From Eledone cirrhosa (Eukaryota), in assembly GCA_964016885.1 (NCBI GenBank), contig OZ024742.1, positions 255,440,001 to 255,504,000 on the forward strand: a stretch of 64,000 nucleotides of DNA, written 5' to 3'. Numbering within the stretch: the first letter of the stretch is position 1; the number at the start of each line of letters is the position of its first letter. Of the stretch, positions 13,889 to 27,446 are shown one piece after another. The notes under the pieces were generated by a model. That model ran no database searches. It was not told where the DNA came from and saw only the letters and a list, made by a program, of their open reading frames with translations. The position numbers and the translations under genes were made by a program.

Positions 13889-14160
13889 CATACGCATACA
13901 CACACACATCTATAGTTATACACGCACACATGTTTTTACAACCTACCACCTTTCACACCCTTTGATTTCCAGCTTCTACAGCCCACTATCTTTCACACAC
14001 AAACGCACTCACACATATACACACACAGTTACACACACATGTATACCCATACGCTTACACACACACATCTATATTTATACACGCACACATGTTTTACAAC
14101 CTACCACCTTTCACACCCTTTGATTTCCAGCTTCTACAGCCCACTATCTTTCACACACAC
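13889..14160. repeat. Direct repeat of about 110 bp in the Penelope 3' region
   Basis: catacgc...acaacctaccacctttcacaccctttgatttccagcttctacagcccactatctttcacacac at ~13889 and ~14048. Confidence 0.9.
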
Positions 14161-14432
14161 ACACACACACTCACACATATACACACTTACACTTATACAC
14201 ACACAGTTACACACACATATATATTTACACACACATATCTTACGGCTTTCACACGCTAGCGCACCCTCTTGATTTAACCCTTTTGGTCAGTAGCTTTTGC
14301 CACAGCCTATCACGCGCACGCGCATTCTTTCCCTCGTTTAAATTTTAAATAATTTTCTCCCCATAACGGCATTCCTGTCTTAACGACATCACAACTTTCT
14401 CCGCTTGGCCTGTTCCCCCCCTTTTGGAACTT

Positions 14433-14468
14433 TCCCCCGTTGATGGGCGTGAGCCCGAAATATTGGGA
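14433..14468 (+). ncRNA. Variant hammerhead-like motif (inverted copy at 11191-11226)
   Basis: TCCC-CCGTTGA-T-GGGC-gtga-GCCC-GAAATAT-T-GGGA. The core differs from CTGANGA at 2 positions. Confidence 0.5.
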
Positions 14469-14615
14469 TTAAATCTCCACTACGGTAACCCTTCTACCTT
14501 TGTTTTGTTTTCATCTTTGTCTCGCTCAATTTTCACTTTCACCTGTTTTTCCTATCTATCTTTCACTTCCTACCTCGAGATTTCCCTCTGCATTGTTGTG
14601 GCTTTCTTAACTACG

Positions 14616-14711
<96 letters not shown>

Positions 14712-14846
14712 TTATATATAAATAATGTACGAAGCCGAATTTTCGGCTTTTTGAAACGCTGAGAAATAAATATATATATATATATAAGTATAAAAAAATT
14801 GCTCCAACGCACAACTGCTATAGAGAAATCATATAAAATGATGTAA

Positions 14847-14966
14847 ACATCCTTAAAAGACGGAAAAAGAAGTTACCATCGGCTTCTATGAGGAAAGAAC
14901 CCGATATCTTCCAGATACTTCATAGCTGCCGATGGTATTTTCTTCATCTGTCTTGTAAGGGTGTTC
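14847..14966. repeat. Imperfect hairpin (~45-bp arms)
   Basis: aacatccttaaaagacgg...taccatcggcttctatgagg pairs with cttcatagctgccgatggta...tgtcttgtaagggtgtt. Confidence 0.75.
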
Positions 14967-15524
14967 TTAAAAGACCTTATTTTATATGCTATCTTCTGAG
15001 TTTGGGCCCTTTTTAAATACTTATATATCTACATATATTTATATATATATTACATACATAGAGACAGGGTTAGATTTAATGGGATGCAAAGGGGACAATT
15101 GCTCCGGGCTCCCTGCAGTAAAGGCAATTTATTTGTGCTCTCAACCTGGTTATTTTGTTTTAGCATGGTTAGAAGTTATTAATTTAATACCTGTATGTAT
15201 AACCTTTCAATTCCAATTACTTGCGCCAAGCTAACTTTGACATGTAAAATTGAAGGAGTTTACTGTGTATTCTATTTTTTTGTGTATGAGGGCCCCTCCC
15301 CAAACCTGATGTGACCCTGGCTCCCCAAGGTCTAACTCAAACCCTACACACAGATACATGCCACACATTTAACATATTTGTCACCCTCTCTTCTTCTTCT
15401 TCTTCTTCTTCTTCTTCTTCTTCTTCTTCTTCGTCTCCTTCTCATTTTCGTCGTATTGATGTATTGATATCGGCTCTAGAAAGCTTGTTGTTTTTTATGT
15501 TGTTTTCTAAGTTGTTTTTCAAGC

Positions 15525-15975
15525 CTCCCTGGAACTGGAGGCGGAGTTGCTGTATCTCGTGATACGGACCATCTGCCTGGACCCAGAAGGTAATTCGATG
15601 GTGTTGGACGTCATCTGCAGCGAAGGCTATGCTTTCAGGGTAGTGACTGCTTATGCGCCGAGAGGGATAGGACAGCCTGATATATTCTGGATACCTTCCT
15701 AGGAACGTTCCGCTCTTTAATGTTAGTGAGCGATTGGAACGGGATCTTGGATGCATGCTGGGGCACTGTGGATCGAAGGGATAAGAGAGGAGGGTGTAAA
15801 AACCTTGCAAACCTGCTCAGACGTTTCTGTTTTCAGGTACCGACTGGATTTCCCGAATGTGCTAATGTGGACATGAACAAGCCGCATCGGGTCATCCAGA
15901 TCGTATTTAGATAGGGTATTTTGTAAGGAAATAGATTGTTCTAGCATAGGTAGTTCACAATTCAAGTATTTCCAA
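15525..15975 (+). pseudogene. Tx1-like AP endonuclease fragment
   Basis: Aligns by eye to 61880-62355 (DWNGILDA.W, SRSYLDRVFC); frameshifted. Confidence 0.85.
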
Positions 15976-16945
15976 ATCAACCCTGGACCATTCCTCCCTG
16001 GCTGTTATTATTGCTTCTATCGGGACAGTATCAGTCCCCTCCACAACCTCGCATCTCAGGAGCCAACTCACGTCTAGTTCTGGTGGAATCCTGGGAATGC
16101 GCACTCGAATTGTTCTTTTTCTCATGTGGTACATAACTACTTTGCTGGTTTTGCAAGGGGCCACTGAGTGTTTCATAGTGACTTAAACAGCACGGAGATG
16201 GTGCCGTATTGTCTGATCCTTGCTATGTACTCGGTGTCATCTTTGATACACATCAGCGCAGCTTCGACTTCTGTTAGGGGAGTGATTGCCGAATTTTAGT
16301 CTGCAATGAAATACATCTAAATACCACCGTTCTCCTCTCCACCGCTTCTATGGCCTCTTCCCTGACGATTAAGTTAGCCTAGGTTTGCTCTTGTTTAATG
16401 AGCTTCCGTGCCTGGGCCAACCTTTTCTCTTTCTAGCTAAGCTCCATGGTTAAACATGGCCCTTCTTTTAGCTGCTGCAGCAACAAAAGTGTTATTGTTG
16501 TCTGTGTTGCTGTTGCCGGTGCTGTTACTGGTCACATTGTTGTTGTTGGTGGTGGTGTCGTGGTTGTTGTTCACGTTGTTCTTGGTGTTGCTTTCAATGT
16601 TGCTCTTGTTGTTGGTGTTGCTGTCGCTGAAGCAGTTGGTGTTGGTGTTGTTCTTGGTGCAGTTGTTGGTGTTTACGTTTCTGTTGGTAATGTCATTGTT
16701 CATTTTGCTAGTGCTTGTGTTGCTAATTTCAATTTTGCATATTTTGTTTTGTAATTAATTTTTGTGTGTCCATCATTGTACCAAAAGGCCCAAATATTAT
16801 AACGTCCCCCTTTCATAAGGCAAAGATGGAAGTCTTTTACGACCCTTAAAAAATAAATATCATAATTAATACAAATGAAAAAAACAACAACTCAGAATTT
16901 ACCACTTTGCGGAGCTCACAAAAACACGTCTTCACTGTCTGATAG
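15976..16945 (-). mobile_element. 5' part (5'UTR and ORF1 remnant) of a Tx1-like element
   Basis: Asn-rich N-terminus ending TFVAAAA, then KRTIRVRIPRIPPELDVSWLL, homologous to ORF1 of the other copies. 5' motif gaagacgtgtttttgtgagctccg. Confidence 0.7.
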
Positions 16946-16964
16946 TCAATAACATTAATAGTTC

Positions 16965-17163
16965 TCAGGGAGATTCAGCATGTCAATATGTGACGAGGCT
17001 GATTCTTTGAATTACAGGCACAGTCCATCCGACTGGCTTCTTAACAGTTTCCGTTTTCCTAAATCAATCATATGGTTTGAGTAGACACTGTCCAGGATAC
17101 TACACATTGGAATCGAACTTGAGATCTAATAATTGCGAAGCAAACTTCTTAACTAGTCAGCCA
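16965..17163 (-). mobile_element. Degraded SINE pieces (families B and C)
   Basis: Minus strand reads tggctgactagttaagaagtttgcttcgc...gttcgattcc, similar to 26205-26355. 16965-17020 resembles the tail of 35325-35505. Confidence 0.55.
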
Positions 17164-17465
17164 ATAGAAATAACAAGAGTTACTAGTCTATCATTTTATT
17201 TATCGAATTAAACATGTATAAATGGAAATATGTATTAAAGAAAAAACAATGACATTTGTGAATAAATAAAACTATCTTTTACACGATCTGCTATACGTTA
17301 TATGATCGTAACGACGTTTATATTCTTTTCTTCTCTGTCACTCACTCTATTTTGGTCTGTATGTCCGTTTGTTTCTCTCTATTCCATTTTCCCACTCTTT
17401 CTCCCTCTTTCTATTCATATCTTTACCTTGTGACATAAAAAAATTATAAACTAGAACGTGTAACA

Positions 17466-17496
<31 letters not shown>

Positions 17497-17737
17497 AGGC
17501 AGAGTGACAGACATACAGGTAGACAGACAGATATATATAGCGGAAATTTAGGAAAATTCTTGACTTCACTCGTGGTTGGTATTCGTTAATAATCCATTAT
17601 TTTACAGCGAGTCATTCTCTCTCCCCCCCTCTCTCTCTCTCTATCTATCTATTTATATATATTAATATAATTCAGCGAGAATCGTATTTCGGCTGGTAGA
17701 AAAAGCGAAACGAAACGCAAAATCCTAGAAATGCTTA

Positions 17738-17835
17738 GAACAGTTAGTTCACCATACCGAGAACAAATATTTCACCTTAAGCGGACCTTCAGCTCGGTCT
17801 GAGTGGAGTTGTACAGAAAAGGAAAAACATATATG

Positions 17836-17869
<34 letters not shown>

Positions 17870-17875
17870 TGTATG

Positions 17876-17918
<43 letters not shown>

Positions 17919-18142
17919 GTATATATATATACATACATATATATATGTATGTATATATCTATATATACATATATGTTTTTCTCTTTCCGTACGACTCCAC
18001 TCAGACCGAGCTGAAGCTCCGCTTAAGGTGAAGTATTTGTTCTCGGTATGGTGAACTAATTGTTGTGGAACTACTTCTACGAAACTCGTCCCATGGATTG
18101 AGTGCTCTACTACTACTGATATAACCCTCCAGTGTTCTACTA
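17738..18142 (+). mobile_element. Non-coding inverted pLTR pair around a (TA)/(TATG)n spacer
   Basis: 17738-17840 and 17963-18064 are inverted. Both contain the ccgag-ctgaag...gaa...gttctcgg hammerhead-like motif. Confidence 0.8.
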
Positions 18143-18165
18143 TTATATATATTCATACACACACT

Positions 18166-18205
<40 letters not shown>

Positions 18206-18234
18206 GTGTGCGTCCGCATGTATCTGTGTGTTTC

Positions 18235-18269
<35 letters not shown>

Positions 18270-18914
18270 TCCTAAACGCGAAAATAACTGTAATAACAGT
18301 CAATGACTATAGATAATATTTGAGAAAATTAAATTAACTCTAAAAAAAACAGAGTTTTATGCGCTTAGGACTCTCACCTTTTCAAATTTTCTAATTTCAA
18401 ACATTCCCTGCATGACGTTGATTCAGAAAGTTTGTTTACATTTAACTACGTTCTAGCTCAAAGCAATGTAATATAATCTCTCCAAAAGAAGGTATGAAGT
18501 ATTAGTCGCTCCTTAATATAAAGTTACGTACTCGTATGGTATTCGAGTGATGTGGCGTTCGATTTTTAGTAGAGACATCTGTCCAATTTTGTCCGTCTCA
18601 AAGCGTAATTTTCTCAATTGTTATCAATTGGAATCGACTCTTATTTCAGTCATATTATGCGTTTGTAACTCTTTTATATTCAAATCTCTAACACTCCCAG
18701 CGCTTCCCTATTTCATAAGGTTCGGGTTTACGCAATAAAATATGGAAATTAATCTCTTGCCTTCATGCCTCTATGGATCGCTACAATTTGCGATGAGTGT
18801 TAAATGAAGTTTACTGTAAAATTAATTATTTATTGTGGTGCAAAAAGCTTATACCGAATTAATTAATGATTTAAACCAAGAGAAATATAATGGGCCTGAT
18901 TATATATATGTATG

Positions 18915-19150
18915 TATAATCAGCTCCTGATTATTACTGGAATTCTATAAGAATCCAGCTTCTATAATTTTCGGCAGAAGCAGGGAGTGCGTGGCTCTGA
19001 TGATCGCCAAACAGCGTGAAACTGACTGTTATCTTCTCTCCATTCTTTCGCCGAAAAGAAGTAAGTGACATAGTCAATACTTTAAAACCGATAGCGTATG
19101 GTCTTCAACATGTTTTTAATTAAACATACGATATATTGCCAAATATACTT
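18915..19150. repeat. Unclassified dispersed repeat (inverted homolog at ~40195-40405)
   Basis: attactggaattctataagaatccagcttctataa and atggtcttcaacatgtttttaattaaacatac match the reverse complement at 40.2-40.4 kb. Confidence 0.75.
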
Positions 19151-19260
19151 TACAGTCATTCATATATATATGTGTGTGTGTGTGGGGGGGGGGGGATGCG
19201 TGTCCGTGTGTTCGTATGTGCATATATATATATATACGCGCGCGCGCGCGCGTGTGTATG

Positions 19261-19297
<37 letters not shown>

Positions 19298-20544
19298 GTC
19301 TATATGTATATACATGATATAAATGTGTTGGAATAACAATATAGCTACCAATACGGGAAGTATGGAAAATGAACTAGCACAACCAACTTCACCTCTCTCT
19401 TAGTTAACTCCCTCACCTCATACTGGAACTCATCTAGTAGCAAGCAAAATGTAAAACAATAAACTGCAACTAGATATAGCCCGGAGAATCCTCCCTAGAG
19501 GGAAAATAGCTGTACAGGAATATCATGTAAGAATGTAAAATAATTTCCACGAGAGGTGCATACAAATACATCGTTGCAGCAGCAAATCATTTAAAAAATG
19601 TTCATACGTGTACACATATTTGTTTTAAAATGCTAACTTGCGAACGATTACTGCATTACTGAAACGGATTAACACCGATTACAAACTTTCATGTTCAACA
19701 GTACGATCCATGATATGTTACCTGGTAGAATATAGAGAATGTGATCTCTGGTAGTGGTGTTGGAAACTATATAATTATATGCCATAAAGACTTAATAAAT
19801 ACGATTGGATCTTTAACTGCCCACAAAAGACACTAAAAACGTTTTCTAGGGAAGGTAGTCTTCAACCTAGATATACAAAACTTATCTAAACTTACAGTAA
19901 GTAAAATTCGAACCCCTAGCTACAACATTACAGTAATGGGCGGAATTAATTTCTTTAGCTCTATATATTAAGCACAACCAAGTTTCTCACAGTGCTTAGT
20001 AACCAAAAGCACCACAAACGAGTCTAAATAACACCTTACATACCAGAATTATCAGGTAATTTACAATACTAATATATGATTACTATTATCAATATCCAAT
20101 CAACAAATCTAAGAGATACTTAACAACGCATCCCCCACTAAAAAAAAGAAAAAAAAAGATATTAACTTATCTTAACTAGACCTCCGTAACTCATGAAAAA
20201 CAGAAAGCAAAATAACACCTCCGATATCATAATCTACATCTTTCGCACTCACACACTTTCACACTCGTGAAATACACAAAAAACCCAATTCAAAACTGTA
20301 CCGAGATCTAACATCCATCTCTCTTCACTTTGACGTGACCGTCTATTTTGACTTACAATAATTAAATTGCAATCATATAAAAGCATCTATCTCGAACTGG
20401 TCAGTCTCCATCTTCTTACAACTATGAAAACATGTATTTCAATTCCTAGAACAAACACCAGCGCAGACACTTCTTCACCAAGTGTAAACGCTGGAACGAA
20501 TCAATCAATTATCTCTGTACCTTAATTAAATATACACTAATTAC

Positions 20545-20608
20545 GATTATCTCAGATCTACTAGAATAGTAAAACATGATTATCTCAGATCTACTAGAAT
20601 AGTAAAAC
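20545..20608. repeat. 31-bp tandem duplication
   Basis: gattatctcagatctactagaatagtaaaac occurs twice. Confidence 0.95.
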
Positions 20609-21090
20609 CGCTAAACTTTTTGCATACGCCATATTTTAAATTTATCAGAATTCTATTAGTTAAGACTCATCAATATAATCGCCTAAGCCCATGATGATTG
20701 TCATTATCAAAAATTGTCATTATCATTGTCATTATTTTGCCATTATATTGTCATTATAAAAAAAAACGCCCACCATTTCTTTGATGTTGATTAGCCTTCT
20801 ACCACAGTTCCCACCTACTGGTACATCTCTGTAAAACCACCGAATTTTAGCACCAAATTATATTCATCATCTAAGAAGCTGGGAAATGTTAATTTTTCGA
20901 CACAGTGCTGAGCAGTATTGGGAATTATATAATCCTGCTTTAAACTGATGTTGGTTATTAAAAATTATACCGAAATACGGGTAAAGCCTTATGAAGAGAT
21001 GACGTAAAATACAACTACACAGCCTCAGTGTTAATTCCACCATTCTCTTCTCTGTCTGCATCATGTCTGTCTGTTTGTCTGTCTCTCTCT

Positions 21091-21155
<65 letters not shown>

Positions 21156-21914
21156 CTTGTATATATATACTTATGCGTATATGTATATATATTTATATGC
21201 ACACACACATATGTAAGTATAAATTTATACATCAATGATACAGCCTTTGACACACATACTGGTATATTTATAGCCATTTCTTTACATGAATAATAATAAT
21301 AATAATGATGATGATAATAATATTAATAATGTTAATGATAATAATAATACGCTATTATAGACAAAAATGAGTATATATGGTGCATGTGCTTCAGTAAATA
21401 TAAATTATGAATACACATTCACACACATACATCCGCTCGCACATACTGACAACCATATAAAGTCAGACAAAAGCATACATTCACATAGACACTCACATGA
21501 ATGCATTGAGAAAATCTAACGATGTTTCCTTTTTATGTATGTTTAGCTATCTGCACTAGAATACTGTATGCAGGAAATAAGAACGGATTCAGGAAAAGGG
21601 GGAAGTGAACCGGAAGGGAAGGAAGTAGAGTATGTATTAAATACTTTATTCTCTTCCAATAATTCAATATTAGTATTTCATGCACTAAATAAAAAGGAAC
21701 ATCAATACCACAAAACCAATATCAACATCAGTAACATCAATAAAAAAAAAGCATTAACATAAATACCAACAACGGCAACAATCATAACAACAACCATAAC
21801 AACGGAAAAAAACCAAAACAAATTTCTCAATAATGTGAACATGAAGAATAATTCCGGAGGATCCCTAAACTAAAATAATATTGACAACAAACACAAAAAC
21901 AAAAATAATACTAA

Positions 21915-22230
21915 TGATTTCTAATTTGGGCCTAAGGCCAGCAATTGCAGGAAACGGAAATGGGGGTGGAGGGTGGAATGTAGACAACAGCACTTGACTG
22001 TTTCTTTATATTAATGGCCCCAGAAGGATGAGAGGCAAAGGTGACCTAAGCGAGATATTATTCGAGTTCTCACGACTCTACTAAACCATCGCCGGAATGG
22101 TTTCTAATTTGGGTACAAGGCTAACATCGTGGAAGGGGGATTATGTGAATACATTGACCCCAGTATTTTATTTTCATATTATTGATCTTACATCGATGAA
22201 AAGCAAAGTTGACTCCAACGAGATTAGAAA
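21915..22230 (-). mobile_element. Two degraded family A-like SINE fragments
   Basis: tttctaatttggg..aaggc tails and gaaggatgagaggcaaagg / cgatgaaaagcaaagttgac cores. Confidence 0.55.
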
Positions 22231-22269
22231 ATATATCGTAAAAAGCTGGAATAAATACCACAAGTCATT

Positions 22270-24310
22270 TCGTCTGACTCTTCGAACAATTTTCGTTAGC
22301 TCATTTTTCAGAGCACGTACTGGAGCTCGAACAATGCAACCTTCATGTTTCGCATTGAAGAAATGGTCTAATGCGATTCCGACTAATAGCACGTCAGTTG
22401 CAATGCCACTTCTAATCGCCTTGTCTAATTTAGTTGCCAGCTCCCCTCATTTCTAACGTTTCTAATGCTGTTTCTTTACTAAAACCTATTGAAACTACTC
22501 TAATCTTTCACTTGAGAGCAATCCAGCACCTCTTGTTGACAGCACCCCTGTCAACTTGCGCTTAAATCAATTGGTGAGACGGTCCATGTAGGCTTTACGC
22601 GCCGGGAATGACGCGTTGAGCTTTCAGTAACCAGGTCCTAGCCTAGATGTTCCATCTAGGTCAACCATGCAGATCACAAATTTGTGATATGTATAAGCGG
22701 CCGTGCTGACCAAAGAAAAAACTTATTTATATACGATCTAGATGACCCTATGCGGTTGGTTGGTCCAGATTGGCGAACTGAGGAAGTCTAGTCGGTATTT
22801 CCCAGGCAGTTGGATCTGGTTGATCAGGTACTTGAGGTATTTGCACTGTCGTTCCTATCTGCTACACAACACAATCCAAGCGTGCGTCTAAGTTGGTGTG
22901 TCAGTCCTCCGCTAACAGTAAAGGGTGAGACGTTCCCAGAAAGGCTTCCAGGCGCCTAAAGAAATCCGGCCGTCTGGATTGGAGCGTAGATAGCTACTAA
23001 TCGTATGACCCCACAGTCGTTATTGATCACGTCCTGGACCACCAATTTACCGTCCAGGTCCAGGAGGATCGACCTTACCTCGAGATCCAAGCCTTTCCTA
23101 AACAGCACTAGCACCCCCCTCACATTCCTGCCCGAATCTGGAGATCAGATAGTTGTCGAACATCCTGGTCTCGTTGATGGCATTCACATTCATATCTAGT
23201 GACTTGAGGTCGTTCAGCGAGCGACCTCACTTCCATATGACTCTAGGCCACGAATATTTATGCAACCTACTCTTAAGATAGATATGTTGGCTGGTTGATC
23301 GAGAGAGAAAAGGTTTACTTACCTTTCGGGTGGTTGTGGAGGTCGGGTGGTTCCACCTCCATATTTGTTGGTTTTCTTTTGGGAACCCCTTTAAAATCTT
23401 GCTCATTGCTTTAACATTAAGGGTTCCTACGTCACATGGAAAGCTCTCCCTAATGCCTTTGTAGACACCCAGCGATATTCGAAATGTGCTGGTATTAAAT
23501 ATCTACCCATCCTTTTCGATTTCTTTGTTTCGTGCTATGAGGGCCATCAATTTCTCGTTTGCCCTTCTTACTAGCACGAATTTTTCTATGTTTGTTGTTG
23601 CTATGATTGATTACGTTTGGGTTTTTGTGATAGCGGCGGTGACGTTTGTATAGCTGTGGATGCATCTGTGTTTGTTGTGTGTGTGGTGTCAGCAATTTCG
23701 GTTGTTTGTGTGTGTGTAATGCTTGAGAGTTTTCTTTTCTTGTGTTTGCGATTTTTTTTCTAGTTTTCCCTTGTCTTCGTTACTAGAAGACAAGGTTTCT
23801 GTGTTACTTTCAGATGTTTGTGTGTTTGTGTTTATCTGGGTGTTTTATATGTATTTAGATTAGGATGTGGTGAAGAAGGGAGGTATTTCTTCATCTTCTC
23901 CTTGGGATGATTCTTTCTTGGTTGTAGTTGTTGGTGGTTATTTAGCTGCATCTGGTTCCACTGTTAATGCTACTAGTGTTGGCCTTGCTGGTTGTGCCCT
24001 TTTCTGTCCCGGCTCAGGTGTTGGCAACAACGGTGCTTTGCGGCCCCTTGCACTTTTGAGTTGCGAGCAGATGTCTCGTAGATGTGTTGCTTCACCGCAG
24101 ACAAAGCAGTGTGGCCTTCTACCCCCAGTGACCACATGTATAGCAGACCCATCCTGCAGACGAACATGATCCGGGATGTTCTTCAGCTGATCCGGATTGA
24201 TTTGGAGAAGAATCTCCAAATCCATCCCAGATCAGTTTTCTCGTGATGTCTTTGTGACGTTTATGACGGTACCATCGGTACCCTCCTCGATCACGCATCC
24301 CAAGAGATAC
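22270..24310 (-). mobile_element. Degraded Tx1-like element (ORF1 C-terminal half and ORF2 endonuclease)
   Basis: CCHC knuckle GRRPHCFVCGEATHLRDIC, ORF2 start LRVGCINIRG near 23285, GPGY*KLN and ALDHFFNAKHEGCIVRA. Confidence 0.9.
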
Positions 24311-25435
24311 CATAAATCCAGTCCAGTAAATTGTTGGTTAAATTCAAGTAGTTTGAAAATCGTGCCATAGATCTCAACCAAGGCAGTTATATAAACAACA
24401 ACAACAACAACAGCAACAACAGCAACAGCAACAACAGCAGCAACAACAACAACAACAACAACAACAACAGATGTGCAATAATGACTCACTGAATTTCTTT
24501 TACCAAAACGAGGGTTCACTCCCGACAAATTTCTTTTACAAAAATGTGTGACAATATTTAGAATTTTAGGACAGCATGAGACAGATTGTGGAAGGAAACG
24601 AGAAAGTGTCAACTACATCTTAAGTGCAGTAAATGGACGAATAATAGCATTGATGAGATCATACACGGGACGTTATGAAAGAAAGTTAACATGAGCAGAA
24701 CAGAAAAATGGTACGTGCACCATCCCTAGCCGATTGGTAAAGTCAGAAGTGAAGCTACTTTGTGATGTCAACATGTCACGAGAGAAGGTGTGATATTGTT
24801 ATCGTCGAAAACGGGCAAGAGATTGGATTGTGCTAGGTATTTGATGTAGCATCCCCTGGGGGGAATAGATTGCGTGAGAATGAAAAGAAAAGATTGAGGT
24901 TTCAGGAATAAGATTAATTAGATAATAGTTAGGACATACAAGCAATAAAGGAAAACCAATCAAAGAAACAAAATAAAAACCCTAATAAAAATATTGTTTT
25001 CATCTCTTCAAGAATATGCATTCTTAAAACTGCCCTCTTCTCAAAAGTTGAAACCATTCCTGTTTGAAACTATTTTACTTCGCTTGCATCATTTATCCGC
25101 TTGGAAAACCGAGAATATTTCAACGTTTTGTTTCCACGTTGGAAAAACAACAAGATGAATAAATAAATTGAATAAATTAAAATAAACAGGATATTTTTGT
25201 TGGAAAATTAAAACCTATTTTCTTGATGTGAAATCGAGGTTTTAATTTCAAGTGAGTTGTAACAGAATGAATTTATTTTTGAATCATGGTTCTTCATACT
25301 ATACTTTGGAATAGATAATAGCTTCTCAGAGACCCAATCCCCATTTGAAAACAAGCAATTCTAGGTTTGCTGAATTCCTTTCCCATTTTGAATTTTCATC
25401 TACTAGCCTTTCACCTGATCATTATATTAACGTAA

Positions 25436-25624
25436 GGGCGGGGGATTGGCAGTATCAGTAGGATGCCATGCTTTGCAGCATAGAGTTACAGCCCTTTATG
25501 ATGTGAGTTCAAATCCCGCCGAGGTTCACTTTGCCTTTCATCCTTACGGGGTCGATAAAATAAAGTACCAGTAATGTACTGGGGTAATTACTGGCCTTGG
25601 GCCAATAGTAGAAACAATTATATT
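25436..25624 (+). mobile_element. SINE family A
   Basis: gggcggggattggcagtatcagtag head, gagttcaaatcc B box, core and tail. Confidence 0.9.
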
Positions 25625-26204
25625 AACGTGAGTAAGCTTTTGAAACCCATATAATTGCCCAGTGGTTTTAAGAGACCCAGGACTCATATCTCCACTTACA
25701 ATCTCAGGTGTCCACAATTCTTCCCCATTTCGAATTATCATCTAACCAATTTTTATTCGAGCTCGTATAATAATCGTATTAAACTAAACGGGATGAAGTC
25801 TGAAGTAGCAGTGGTTTTGAAAACATTTAAGTTGCAATCGCGATTATAGTTGGATATTTTGGTATTTTCATTCGACAATGCATACGATACTTTCCCAGTT
25901 CGGATGCTTCCCCTGGGCTAAACATTCCTCGCTTTTGAGATAAAGATATACATTCTAATGCTTTCCGGGAAATCAATATCGCCACACAAGCAGGAATCAC
26001 CCTTCCCTTCTGTTATAAATTTATACCCATCTATCTGGAATGGAAAAAAAAGCATTGTTTCAACGAATATTGTTTTAATTGTTTGATCGACTGAAAGTCC
26101 AAACTGGAAATTAACATTTAGGTCGTTGTGTAACCTTAACGTAATTCCTAAACCGAAACAATGTGACAACATCTGTGATTTGGCTGGACATTTAAACTAG
26201 AAGT

Positions 26205-26355
26205 ACAGTCCACCCGACAAGCTTACATACAATTTCCATCTATCCACTTTTACTCACGAGGCATGGGTCGACCTAAGACATGACATTTGCCCAAGATACC
26301 ACATAGTGGGATCGAACCCGGGAGCTCTGATTGCGAAGCGAACTTCTTAAGCATT
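26205..26355 (-). mobile_element. tRNA-derived SINE family B
   Basis: Minus strand reads taagaagttcgcttcgcaatc...gggttcgatcccactatgtggtatcttgggcaaatgtc, with B box GGTTCGATCCC. Confidence 0.7.
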
Positions 26356-26929
26356 CTACTAAGCTGCTGTAGCTATAGTATTCTTCCTAAATAACGATGA
26401 TTTAACTATAATTAATACACTTTTACGAAACAAGATGCAGAGTTAGTTAGTTTGAATGTATAACTTTGAAACGTCTATAATAATTATCACAGAAAAATTC
26501 TACAAGTGCTGTGAGGGTAATTTTAGTAGCGAAAAGTAAGTAATAGCCATATTTAAGTAACTTGGAATCTTCTCGAGTTTCCGCATCTTACTTGATTGAA
26601 TTTTGTCTAAATCTTTGTCCTAATTATCTTGATTAGTTTCTGCTTAGTCATGGCTCCTCAGCTGTTTCATTTAATTCGATAAACATTATGATTCGCTCAT
26701 AAACAATCACAACACTCGACTCCGCACGTAAGTACTTTCACATATAATCAACAAGTGAATATACTTCTTTCAACACATATATACAAATAGAGTACACGTA
26801 TTTGGGTATTTGCAATATGCAATTCTAAGTATGTATTTACATACACAGCTATACTCCCACGTACATGTAGGCATATAAATACGTAAATAATTAAATATTC
26901 ACTCAAATCATAGTGGCACAACGTCTCGG

Positions 26930-27275
26930 CCTCCGCGTTTGTGGGCCACACAAATGTCGCTATAGGGCTGTCGTTGAGGAGTTTGGCCTTCACCCACTGT
27001 CCTGCCTGCCGCAAGAGCGAAGGCTGTTTCCCCCGACATGCAGCTCTCAATGACATATTGAAAAGGAAGCTGGATGCAGCTGGCTTCTCATCACAACTGA
27101 AACCATCAAGCGCCTCGACAGAATTACAATCTTCCCATTCGAAGGAGGTATAACCCTCACCTGGGGTGCGACGCTGCGACAAGTTCTCTGACTCCAACTT
27201 AGTCGCTTCGGGCACAAACTCGGTACCGCGGCCCGCAATGCAGAGGATACGAAGACAAGCAAATACCAGAGCTCA
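26930..27275 (+). pseudogene. CRE-like non-LTR restriction-like endonuclease C-terminal fragment
   Basis: H..ACRKSEGCFPRHAALNDILKRKLDAAGFSSQLKP ... ITIFPFEGG..LTW ... AEDTKTSKY across frames, matching the CRE-type RLE pattern. Confidence 0.7.
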
Positions 27276-27446
27276 AATTTAGTGCGGAAATTTTGTAAGT
27301 TCAATTTTAATTTTGATACTATTGTGTAGCTTGACCCCCCGTCTGAACTGTCAGGCGGTGGGTCAGCTCATCTTTGCCCCTCCCAGGGGTGAAAAACCTG
27401 TTTTTAAAAATTTTGTGGCATAAAAAATTTCAATCGTCTGACAGAA

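Larger units (their letters stand above)
10998..14621 (+). mobile_element. Penelope-like retroelement, near full length, with inverted pLTRs, inserted in (TA)n
   Basis: Near-identical inverted arms at 11038-11335 and 14324-14621 flank an RT plus GIY-YIG ORF. (TA)n lies on both sides. Confidence 0.95.

Noticed and set aside
19330-20500. Possible ancient LINE endonuclease remnant
   Set aside because: Only faint motif echoes (ITVMG..N) with no sustained frame.
24560-24860. Possible old LINE C-terminus on the minus strand
   Set aside because: Too degraded to assign.
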